DNA of 63,289 bases, counting the filler. It is 3 parts of 3 records of this genome, joined end to end, with 100 filler letters (N's around TTAATTAATTAA, not from the genome) between each part and the next. Parts side by side here need not be neighbours in the genome. Positions count along the whole stretch, not along the records: positions 44,355 to 63,289 come from SRR20825006_208; 2 more parts are not named here. One strand, given 5' to 3'. The position numbers and the translations under genes are program-made. The notes under the pieces were generated by a model, which was not told where the DNA came from, did no database searches, and saw only the letters and a list, made by a program, of their open reading frames with translations. This document shows positions 48,726-56,827 of this stretch, in pieces. The first letter of the stretch is position 1, and the number at the start of each line of letters is the position of its first letter.

Positions 48726-51137
48726 TTAAAATTTAAGTGTTGCTCCTAATAAAAAGTTAGCTTTTGCTTGCGGGAAAAATCCTGCTCCTTCAAAAGTTGT
48801 AATGCTACCGTCTTCATTTCCTCCATCGAAGGTGAAGTAATACCCATTATTTACATACTCTTCACTAAAGATGTTGTTAACCAATCCTGTTATCACTATT
48901 TCTTTAAACAGACTGTTTGTAGAGAAAGTATATTGCACATTTAAATCTGTTGTGAAATAGCTATCTAGTTTAGATAAAGGCGCTTCTACATTACTTAAAT
49001 ATTGTTCTCCTACATATTTATTAAGCATCTGTAACTCTAAATTTTTAACCGGTATGTATTTAATTGCGTTTCCAGCTATAACATTAGGCGAATACGAAAT
49101 TTCTGTATTGCCTAGGTTTACTAAGCTGCCGTCTAGACTAGTTACAAAATCTCTGTTTTTATTGGTACTTATAGCCATATTAGGATTCCAAATAAGGTTT
49201 TTCAAAATTTGAACAGATGCATCTACCTCTAACCCTAATCTATAGCTTGAGCCACTATTAGCTCTAATTGGTGATCCTACATCATCTATTGCTCCAGTAA
49301 GCACAAGTTGATTGTTATAATTCATATAATACACATTAGTATTTATTTGAAATTTAGGATTGTTTAATCTCCAACCTAACTCAAAATCATCTAACTGTTC
49401 TGGCTCTGGATTACCGTTTTCAAAATCTGTGCGGTTTGGTTCTCTGTTAGCTCGTGCATAAGATAAATACAAACTGTTTTCTGTATTTAACTTATAGTTT
49501 GTTCCTAATTTAGGATTAAAGAACGTATAGCTTTCATCTACATCTAAGTCGTCACTACCACCAATAGCTTCGTAATCTACTAGGCGTATTTGTGCGTCTC
49601 CATAAACACTCCATTTATCGCCAAATTTTAAAGTAGCTTTACTAAAAGCAGAAAATTCATTTTTCTCACTATCGCCATCATAATATCTGTCATAAGGTAA
49701 GAACCCGATAGGGATTTCTGTAGATAATATTTCGCCATAGTGATCTCCTTTATAGGTGCTATAAAAAGCTCCTGTTGTTACATCTAAACTTTCATTTTTG
49801 TAGTTTACACTTGCATTTACAGCTAAGAAATTATTATCTAACCAACGACGTCTTACATAATCTGTAGTTGTAAACTCTTCGCCATCTATGGTTACAGGAT
49901 CTACGCCAAAAAAGTCTAATTGTGCATCTCCTGAAAATAAGATGTTTGAATAATAAAATTCATCTACATACTGCTCAAAATATCCTGCACCTCTAGTGTA
50001 GTTAAGTGCTACGTTAGTGCTCCAGTTATTATTGTAACGCTCATTCCAAAGTAATTGATAATGATCTTGACGGTAATTATCTACTTCATTTTCATAAAAT
50101 CCTTCAAAGTTTCCTTCGCGGTCAAATTGTTGTCCTACGGTATTAAATGTTCTGTCGCTTTGTAGCGTTGCCTCATCGACACCATAATAGGCCTGATAAG
50201 TTTCTTCAAAACCACCAAAGGTTATAGCTTTTATTAGTGTGTTATCATCTTTATAAGCTGCTTGTAAAAAATAACCCTTAAGATCTGATGTTGCACGATC
50301 TATATAACCATCTGAATCTATTTTGGACAAACGCCCTGAAACTGAAAAATGATCACTTAATGTTCCAGTTCCAAACCTAAGTGTTGCCTTACGAGTGTTA
50401 AAACTACCTACAGATCCAGACAGCTCACCATAAGCTTCATCTTTTACAGCATCTGTCAAGATATTTAAACTTGCACCAAAAGCACCAGAGCCATTTACAG
50501 AAGTACCAACACCGCGTTGTAATTGGATGTTCTCTGTAGAAGAGGCAAAATCTCCTAAATTAACCCAAAATGTGCCTTGGCTTTCTGCGTCGTTATAAGG
50601 AATCCCGTTAATTGTTACATTTACACGAGTAGCATCACTACCACGCACACGTATTCCAGTATAACCAACACCAGCACCAGCATCACTAGTTGTTACAACT
50701 GCAGGTTGGTAGTTTAAGAGTATAGGAATGTCTTGTCCTAAGTTACGATCTTCAATCTCTTCTTTAGAAATGTTTGAATACGTAATTGGTGAGTCTGCAG
50801 TAACTCTTACAGAACGCACTAAGACTTCATCTAAAATCTCAGAGTCTTCTAATAAGACAAAATTTGCAGTTACATCTTCTTCAAGATTAATAGTCTGCTC
50901 TTGTGTAATCATACCAACATAACTTACAACTATTGTATACTGCTCTTTTTCTAAAGAGAAGTTATAGTTACCAAGTGCATTGGTTTCTGTGCCTGTAGTT
51001 GTTCCTTTAATAAAAATAGAAACACCTTCAATAGGCTCATTTTTAGAGTTTGTGACATTACCAGAGAGTTGAAATTCTTGCGCAAATGTGCTGGCAGACA
51101 CAAATAGTGCGCAAAGTAGAATAGATACAGTTTTCAT
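48726..51137 (-). CDS. TonB-dependent receptor, probable thiamine (vitamin B1) uptake
   Basis: Signal peptide, carboxypeptidase-regulatory-like N-terminal domain, plug (RVRG..R.NV.INGIP.ND), C-terminal Phe; preceded by a TPP riboswitch. Confidence 0.88.
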   Translation of the reverse strand: MKTVSILLCALFVSASTFAQEFQLSGNVTNSKNEPIEGVSIFIKGTTTGTETNALGNYNFSLEKEQYTIVVSYVGMITQEQTINLEEDVTANFVLLEDSEILDEVLVRSVRVTADSPITYSNISKEEIEDRNLGQDIPILLNYQPAVVTTSDAGAGVGYTGIRVRGSDATRVNVTINGIPYNDAESQGTFWVNLGDFASSTENIQLQRGVGTSVNGSGAFGASLNILTDAVKDEAYGELSGSVGSFNTRKATLRFGTGTLSDHFSVSGRLSKIDSDGYIDRATSDLKGYFLQAAYKDDNTLIKAITFGGFEETYQAYYGVDEATLQSDRTFNTVGQQFDREGNFEGFYENEVDNYRQDHYQLLWNERYNNNWSTNVALNYTRGAGYFEQYVDEFYYSNILFSGDAQLDFFGVDPVTIDGEEFTTTDYVRRRWLDNNFLAVNASVNYKNESLDVTTGAFYSTYKGDHYGEILSTEIPIGFLPYDRYYDGDSEKNEFSAFSKATLKFGDKWSVYGDAQIRLVDYEAIGGSDDLDVDESYTFFNPKLGTNYKLNTENSLYLSYARANREPNRTDFENGNPEPEQLDDFELGWRLNNPKFQINTNVYYMNYNNQLVLTGAIDDVGSPIRANSGSSYRLGLEVDASVQILKNLIWNPNMAISTNKNRDFVTSLDGSLVNLGNTEISYSPNVIAGNAIKYIPVKNLELQMLNKYVGEQYLSNVEAPLSKLDSYFTTDLNVQYTFSTNSLFKEIVITGLVNNIFSEEYVNNGYYFTFDGGNEDGSITTFEGAGFFPQAKANFLLGATLKF

Positions 51138-51316
51138 CCGTAACAAAAATTACGAATAAAAGGGGCGATTATTCTTAGGTTTAAAAAAATTAAATTATAA
51201 AGCTACTATAGCTTCTTGTGTTATTAAAACAGTAAAATTTTAGTCTATTTCGCAAAAAAATAACCCATTGCAATATGCTTACAACAACTTAATTTGACTA
51301 AAAAAATATGTTTTAA

Positions 51317-51396
51317 AAATTTCCCTAAACAGCATTACCTGTTCTAGGTTCATTGGGTGTAATCTCAGCCGTATTAAAATACAGCACCCCTTTGAG
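51317..51396 (-). ncRNA. TPP (THI-box) riboswitch, variant
   Basis: Minus strand AAAGGGGTGC-TGTATTTTAATACG-GCTGAGA-TTAC-ACCC-AATGAA-CCTAGAACAG-GTAATG-CTGTTTAGGGAAA. P2, GCUGAGA, ACCU and the L5 UAAU are present. Confidence 0.88.
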
Positions 51397-51404
51397 ATTT
51401 TGCG

Positions 51405-51412
51405 CAAAGATA
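51405..51412 (-). promoter_or_regulatory. Bacteroidetes -7 element for the riboswitch/TonB receptor transcript
   Basis: Minus strand TATCTTTG about 10 nt upstream of the aptamer. Confidence 0.7.
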
Positions 51413-51493
51413 GACATTGGTTTTAATCTGCAAAATCAATTTTATTAATTCCTTAGCATATCGCTATAAGAACTCTCTGTATTTTTGAAGCCT

Positions 51494-53935
51494 ATGGATA
51501 AGACCAAAAATAGGTTTACATTTAAAATCATACTTAGTTATGTGACCTTAGGGGTTTTAGCCCTTGTTGTAGGTTTTTTCTTGTATTCTGAATTTAAGTT
51601 TCTGCTTAAAACCAATACGACTACAACAGAAGATGAAAAATTTATAGAAACCGGAACACTTATAAATCAAGTTTACGAAACCGATGGCTTTTCCAGGCTT
51701 GCCTTGCTTACTGGTGAAGAGTCTGATTTTGAGTTATATCAACAAAAAGCAGACTCACTTTTTAATAAAATTGAGGAAATAAAAACCTTAACAGACATCC
51801 AATTTCAAAAGCAACAATTGGATTATGTTAAAGAGCTACTGCTTCAAAAAACTAAGAATATTGAGCAGCTACGCATTCTTAAACTTACCAATAGTAAAGA
51901 CTCTTCTTTTGATGATATAGCAGAAGAGTTTAATAAGCTAGAATCCTCTATGGGGAAACTCACAGTCGAAACGTTTATTAATAATCCCAATGATCTTACA
52001 GAGCGAGAACGTAGAATTTGGAGTAATTATGTAGAATACCTAAATCAATCTGAAGAGCGAGACACTGCCACTGTAAAAACAAAGGTTGTAGACTCTATGA
52101 TTACTGCAACAAGATTTATTCTGGCTGAAGCTAAAAGAGAAAATTCAAAATCTAGAGAAGCGCTACAGCAAAAAGAGAATGAGTTAATTAGGAACGATCT
52201 AAATATTTCTGCACAATTGCGCCAAATAATAACTGCGTTTGATGCAGAGATAGCACGAAAAAACCAAATACAAGCGACCAAGAAAAGTGCTTCTGTAGAT
52301 AGGACAAGTACAATTTTAAAATACTCTGGTGTTTTAGGAATATTTATCATACTCCTATTTACCTACATTATTTTAAATGATTTCTTTAAAGCAGAACGCT
52401 TTAAAATATCACTCAAAAAATCTAAAGATTATTCTGAAGAACTTTTAAAAAGTAGGGAACAACTTATCTCAACTGTAAGTCACGATTTAAAAACACCCTT
52501 AAATACAATTGTAGGCTACTCTGATCTTATTGAAAATACAGACCTTACAGAAAAGCAACTATACTATGTAAACCAAATAACCAACAGCTCATTATACGTG
52601 ACCAAGTTGGTTGATGACCTTTTAGATTTCTCTAAACTAGAAGCTGGCAAACTACATATTGAAACTATACCATTTTCTCTAGAAAGCATAATACAGCAAA
52701 CTGTTGAAACCTCTAAAGATGTGCATCAACAAAAAAATGTAGCCATCCATCTTTATGTGGACCAAGCTATAAGCAATCAAGTTTTTGAAAGCGACCCACT
52801 ACGTATTCGCCAAATATTAAGTAACCTAATTGGTAATGCATTTAAATTTACCGAAGAAGGTTCTGTTACAGTTTATGCTAAAATATTAGAGCAAAAAGCA
52901 CAAGAATTTGAGATAGAAATAAAGGTAGTAGATACCGGAATAGGTATTTCTAAAGAAAAACAAGAACTTATATTTAAAGAATTTCAGCAAGCAGAAGCAG
53001 ATACCATAAAACGCTTTGGCGGTAATGGCTTAGGCCTTGCCATTAGCAGGAAACTTACCAACTTATTACATGGAACCTTAACTGTAGATAGTACTCCAAA
53101 CCAAGGCAGTACGTTTACATTAGTATTACCTCTCAAACTTTCTGAGAGTAAACTAAAGTCTGAAATTACCACGTTAACTAAAGCGGTAAAGTCTTTAACT
53201 GTTGTGGTTATAGATGATGATACAAGTATGACTAAGTTATTAGAGGAGCTTTTTGGCCAAATGAATATTACTTGCCACAGCTTTAATGCTTTTGAAGATT
53301 TTGTTGCTTCGCATAATTTTGAATACGATTTTGTACTTACAGATGTTGAAATGCCAAAAACAAATGGCTTTCAGGTTTTAGAACAACTAAAGCGACACTT
53401 TAAAGCAAATTATAACGGACAGCCAATTGTGGCTATGACAGGTAGTAGAGAATACACCGTAAGATCTTTTAAAGAACAAGGTTTTTCTGGATTGTTGCAC
53501 AAACCTTTTCCTAAGGAGAAGTTATATTCTGCCTTAAATCAATTATTTCCAGAACATATGGGAATACCTATTAAAATTGAAAGCGAAAAGGAAACAACAC
53601 AACAAAGCACATTATTTAATTTAAGCTTGCTCAACTCATTTCTTAGTACAGAAGACGCTTTAGAAGAAGTTTTGTTTTCGTTTTATAATGAAGTGAATAT
53701 AGATTTACAACGTATGGCACTAGCCGTAAAAACAGAAGATTATACCGCCGTAAATGACATAGCACACAAAATGCTTACACTAACCAGACAATTAGAAGCT
53801 AAAGAGGTTGTAAAAATTTTAGATGTGTTAGAGTATGTAACTCCAGAAAACTTAAGGCAAGAAACATTAACGTCTCTATTTAACTCATTACAAGAAAAAG
53901 TAGAAAACTTAGTGACAGCTTTAAAGAATAGATAA
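51494..53935 (+). CDS. hybrid sensor histidine kinase (periplasmic domain, HisKA, HATPase, REC, Hpt)
   Basis: Two TM segments, SHDLKTPL, NAFKFT, DTGIG, GLGL, DVEMP, and AHKM Hpt-like motif. Confidence 0.93.
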   Translation: MDKTKNRFTFKIILSYVTLGVLALVVGFFLYSEFKFLLKTNTTTTEDEKFIETGTLINQVYETDGFSRLALLTGEESDFELYQQKADSLFNKIEEIKTLTDIQFQKQQLDYVKELLLQKTKNIEQLRILKLTNSKDSSFDDIAEEFNKLESSMGKLTVETFINNPNDLTERERRIWSNYVEYLNQSEERDTATVKTKVVDSMITATRFILAEAKRENSKSREALQQKENELIRNDLNISAQLRQIITAFDAEIARKNQIQATKKSASVDRTSTILKYSGVLGIFIILLFTYIILNDFFKAERFKISLKKSKDYSEELLKSREQLISTVSHDLKTPLNTIVGYSDLIENTDLTEKQLYYVNQITNSSLYVTKLVDDLLDFSKLEAGKLHIETIPFSLESIIQQTVETSKDVHQQKNVAIHLYVDQAISNQVFESDPLRIRQILSNLIGNAFKFTEEGSVTVYAKILEQKAQEFEIEIKVVDTGIGISKEKQELIFKEFQQAEADTIKRFGGNGLGLAISRKLTNLLHGTLTVDSTPNQGSTFTLVLPLKLSESKLKSEITTLTKAVKSLTVVVIDDDTSMTKLLEELFGQMNITCHSFNAFEDFVASHNFEYDFVLTDVEMPKTNGFQVLEQLKRHFKANYNGQPIVAMTGSREYTVRSFKEQGFSGLLHKPFPKEKLYSALNQLFPEHMGIPIKIESEKETTQQSTLFNLSLLNSFLSTEDALEEVLFSFYNEVNIDLQRMALAVKTEDYTAVNDIAHKMLTLTRQLEAKEVVKILDVLEYVTPENLRQETLTSLFNSLQEKVENLVTALKNR

Positions 53936-55309
53936 TTACAACTCTAAATTATAATGCTCCATCTTATTATAAAGAGTCTTTCTGGTAACATTTAACAACC
54001 TAGCCGCTTTACTCTTATTGTAACCAGCTTCTTTAAGTGCATTAATTATAAGTTGCTTTTCATTAGTGTCTTTAGAAAAATCTTGAGTTGTTACTGCCAC
54101 TTGTCCCTTAAAGTTAACTACTTCTCTAGGAATTACATCTATTGGCACCAACTGCCCAGTTGTAAGTAAAACAGCTCTTTTAATAATGTTTTTTAATTCT
54201 CTCAGGTTACCAGGCCAGTTGTAGGATTTAATAGCTTCTTCAACTTCCTTAGACAGGCCTACAACATTTTTATCTAAAGCTTTGTTAGCCATTTCTAAAA
54301 AGAACTCTGTAAATAAGAATAAATCGTCACTACGCTCTTTTAAGCTAGGTATATGTACAGAAAACTCATTTAGCCTATGGTATAAATCTTCTCTAAACTT
54401 ACCATCTGCAACTGCTTTTAAAAGATCTTCATTAGTGGCAGAAATAATTCTAACATCTACCTCTATCTCTTTGTTACTGCCTACAGGTTTTATTTTTCTT
54501 TCTTGTAAGGCACGCAAAAGCTGAACTTGGTTTTCGTAAGACAGATTACCAACCTCATCTAAAAATAATGTGCCTTTATGAGCAGCTTCAAAATGACCTT
54601 TTTTGTCATTTATTGCGCCTGTAAAGCTTCCTTTTACGTGTCCAAAAAACTCACTTGCAGCAATTTCTTTAGGGATAGCACCACAATCTACAGCTACAAA
54701 ATTTTCGTTACTGCGTTTGCTATAGTTATGAATAGCATTTGCGGCAACCTCTTTACCAGTACCACTTTCACCTTGTATAAGCACGCACATATCTGTTGGT
54801 CCTACAAGCTTTAGGTACTCATTAAATTTCTTAGAAGATTCACTAATACCTTTCACAAATGAAGAAGAGTCTGGAAGCTCACTCGTTTTGTGCTTTACGG
54901 TTTTAGCTTTAGGACTTGTTTCAACATTAAGTGTAGCATTTGTTTTAGATTTATTTTCTGCCTGCTCAATAACCATTAGCAACTCTTCTGGTCTAAACGG
55001 TTTTGAAATATAATCTAACGCTCCTTTTTTAATAGCTTCAACAGCTGTTGAAACTTCTGCATAACTTGTCATTAAAATAATGTTAGTATCTGCAGATACG
55101 CTTTGGCAATACTCCAAAAGATTAAGGCCGCTATCATCTGGAAGCTTTAAATCTGTTATAAGCAACTCATACTTTTGTTCTTCCATCTGCTTTCTAGCAT
55201 GATTTCCGTTTAAGGCAGTACTTACCTGAAAACCCTTTCGTTCTAGAAACTTAGAAAGCATTTTACCAAAAGCAACGTCATCTTCTACGACTAATATTCG
55301 TTGTATCAT
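53936..55309 (-). CDS. sigma54-dependent NtrC-family response regulator
   Basis: REC domain, GESGTGKE, GSFTGA, LFLDE, WPGNLREL and Fis-type HTH. Start moved to ATG 55309. Confidence 0.94.
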   Translation of the reverse strand: MIQRILVVEDDVAFGKMLSKFLERKGFQVSTALNGNHARKQMEEQKYELLITDLKLPDDSGLNLLEYCQSVSADTNIILMTSYAEVSTAVEAIKKGALDYISKPFRPEELLMVIEQAENKSKTNATLNVETSPKAKTVKHKTSELPDSSSFVKGISESSKKFNEYLKLVGPTDMCVLIQGESGTGKEVAANAIHNYSKRSNENFVAVDCGAIPKEIAASEFFGHVKGSFTGAINDKKGHFEAAHKGTLFLDEVGNLSYENQVQLLRALQERKIKPVGSNKEIEVDVRIISATNEDLLKAVADGKFREDLYHRLNEFSVHIPSLKERSDDLFLFTEFFLEMANKALDKNVVGLSKEVEEAIKSYNWPGNLRELKNIIKRAVLLTTGQLVPIDVIPREVVNFKGQVAVTTQDFSKDTNEKQLIINALKEAGYNKSKAARLLNVTRKTLYNKMEHYNLEL

Positions 55310-55372
55310 TTCATATATGTATGAATTGTAAAAATAGAAAGTCTCCACACCTTTTGTCTTTAAAGTTATCAT

Positions 55373-55406
55373 AAAAAAAAGACACCCATTTTACTGAGTG
55401 CCTCTT
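55373..55406 (-). terminator. intrinsic terminator after the two small secreted proteins
   Basis: Minus strand GAGGCACTCA-GTAAAA-TGGGTGTCTT stem followed by a T-run. Confidence 0.75.
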
Positions 55407-55433
55407 CAACGTATTAAAAACTAAATCCTGCTT

Positions 55434-55757
55434 CTATTGCTTTTTAATCCACTCGCCTTTGCTATTTGCATAAACGGTTTTTTCAGCTTTATCTGCAGTA
55501 GTTATGACAAGCTTGTACTCGTCCTTGTCATTTGCAAAGGCTTTAGTAAGAGTTGCCCCTTTAAAATCTGATGCAAATGCTTCTTTAACGGCTTGTGGTA
55601 ATTTCTCTGCAGTAATTGCTTTGTAATTATCCTGAACAGCAACTGTAGTCTTCACTTCAGTCTTTGTCATTGCCATTGTTTCAGTTTTCTTTTCCTGTGC
55701 ATTCATTGCTGTTAGTGTACCTAGAGCAATTGCAGCTGTTAATATGATCTTTTTCAT
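55434..55757 (-). CDS. small secreted protein, PepSY/DUF2874-like repeat (paralog 2)
   Basis: Signal peptide; LPQAV...F.GATL.KA...EYKL...VYA...GEWIK. Confidence 0.8.
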   Translation of the reverse strand: MKKIILTAAIALGTLTAMNAQEKKTETMAMTKTEVKTTVAVQDNYKAITAEKLPQAVKEAFASDFKGATLTKAFANDKDEYKLVITTADKAEKTVYANSKGEWIKKQ

Positions 55758-55798
55758 AACAATTTTTTTTTGTGGTTAAACTATAATCTAGTTGGTGG

Positions 55799-56125
55799 TT
55801 ATTTTTTCTTAATCCACTCACCTTCTGCAGTTGCATATACAGTTGCTTCTGTATCTTCTGCAGTAGTAAGGGTTAATTTATATTCGTTTTTACTGTTTAT
55901 GTACGCCTTATTTAAGGTTGCTCCTTCAAAATCTTTTGATAGTGCAGTTTGAACCTCTTGTGGTAAATCTGTAGCTTTAATTTCTACATATTTTTCCTGT
56001 AATAAAGACTCTGCTTTTACCTCAACAGAAGCTTCTGTATTTGCTGCTACTGGTGTTGTAGCTTGTGCATTTGTAAATCCTATTGCTCCTAATGCAATTA
56101 CCGCTGTATATATGATCTTTTTCAT
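55799..56125 (-). CDS. small secreted protein, PepSY/DUF2874-like repeat (paralog 1)
   Basis: Signal peptide; LPQEV...DFEGATLNKA...EYKL...VYA...GEWIKK. Confidence 0.8.
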   Translation of the reverse strand: MKKIIYTAVIALGAIGFTNAQATTPVAANTEASVEVKAESLLQEKYVEIKATDLPQEVQTALSKDFEGATLNKAYINSKNEYKLTLTTAEDTEATVYATAEGEWIKKK

Positions 56126-56174
56126 GATATCTAATTTTAGATTTATTTAATGTTTCAAAGTTGTTAGGTATAAG

Positions 56175-56190
56175 GCTACAATTATACCAA
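56175..56190 (-). promoter_or_regulatory. sigma54 (-24/-12) promoter
   Basis: Minus strand TTGGTATAATTGTAGC gives GG-N10-GC, 50 bp upstream of ATG 56125. Confidence 0.65.
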
Positions 56191-56368
56191 GGCTTTAAAA
56201 AATTAATTATCAAGTAAGTTTTGATAGAATATTATAGATAAAAAAGTACATGCCAGTACTCATAAAACAATAAACACCAATGCATTACAGGTTTTGTTTT
56301 ATATGTAGTTTATAAAAACACAACTAATTAGGTACAAAATATATGAAAGTTGAAAATTGGATATCAGG

Positions 56369-56404
56369 TGTGTAAACTTTAAAATTGTGTGTAATTGTTA
56401 CACA
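56369..56404. promoter_or_regulatory. putative enhancer (UAS) for the NtrC-type activator
   Basis: Perfect palindrome TGTGTAA-TTG-TTACACA (56388-56404) plus an adjacent degenerate copy TGTGTAA-ACT-TTAAAAT (from 56369). Confidence 0.6.
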
Positions 56405-56419
56405 AAAGATCTGTATAGT

Positions 56420-56827
56420 TTAGTAATCTAATCTTGGCTTCTGTCTATTTGCTTTTTTCTTAGATGTTTTTTTCTTTGAATTAAGGCGTTTTAGTTTGGC
56501 CATTTTAGAAGGTCTTGTCTTTTTTCTAGGAGGTTTTTGCTTAGCGTTCTTTTTGATAAGCTCTAAAAAACGTTTAATAACTATATCCTTATTTTTGTGT
56601 TGACTTCTTGAGTCTTGAGCAACTATAATAAGGACGTTATCTTTAGTTAGCCTTGAGGAAAGCTTTTCTAACAATATAAAACGTTCTTTTTCTGAAATTG
56701 CTTGAGATGAGTTAATATTCCATCTAAGCTCAACTGCTGTTTCTGTTTTATTAGCGTGCTGGCCGCCAGGTCCAGAACTTGTGGTAGTGTTAAACTCTAC
56801 CTCTTCTATAAGTTGAGAGGCATTCAT
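56420..56827 (-). CDS. arfB: alternative ribosome rescue factor B
   Basis: SSGPGGQHANK GGQ motif, RSQ..N, and basic C-terminal tail. Confidence 0.93.
   Translation of the reverse strand: MNASQLIEEVEFNTTTSSGPGGQHANKTETAVELRWNINSSQAISEKERFILLEKLSSRLTKDNVLIIVAQDSRSQHKNKDIVIKRFLELIKKNAKQKPPRKKTRPSKMAKLKRLNSKKKTSKKKANRQKPRLDY

Noticed and set aside
56240-56256. Second sigma54 promoter (minus strand TGGCATGTACTTTTT)
   Set aside because: Good -24 but no -12 element; the 56175-56190 site fits better.
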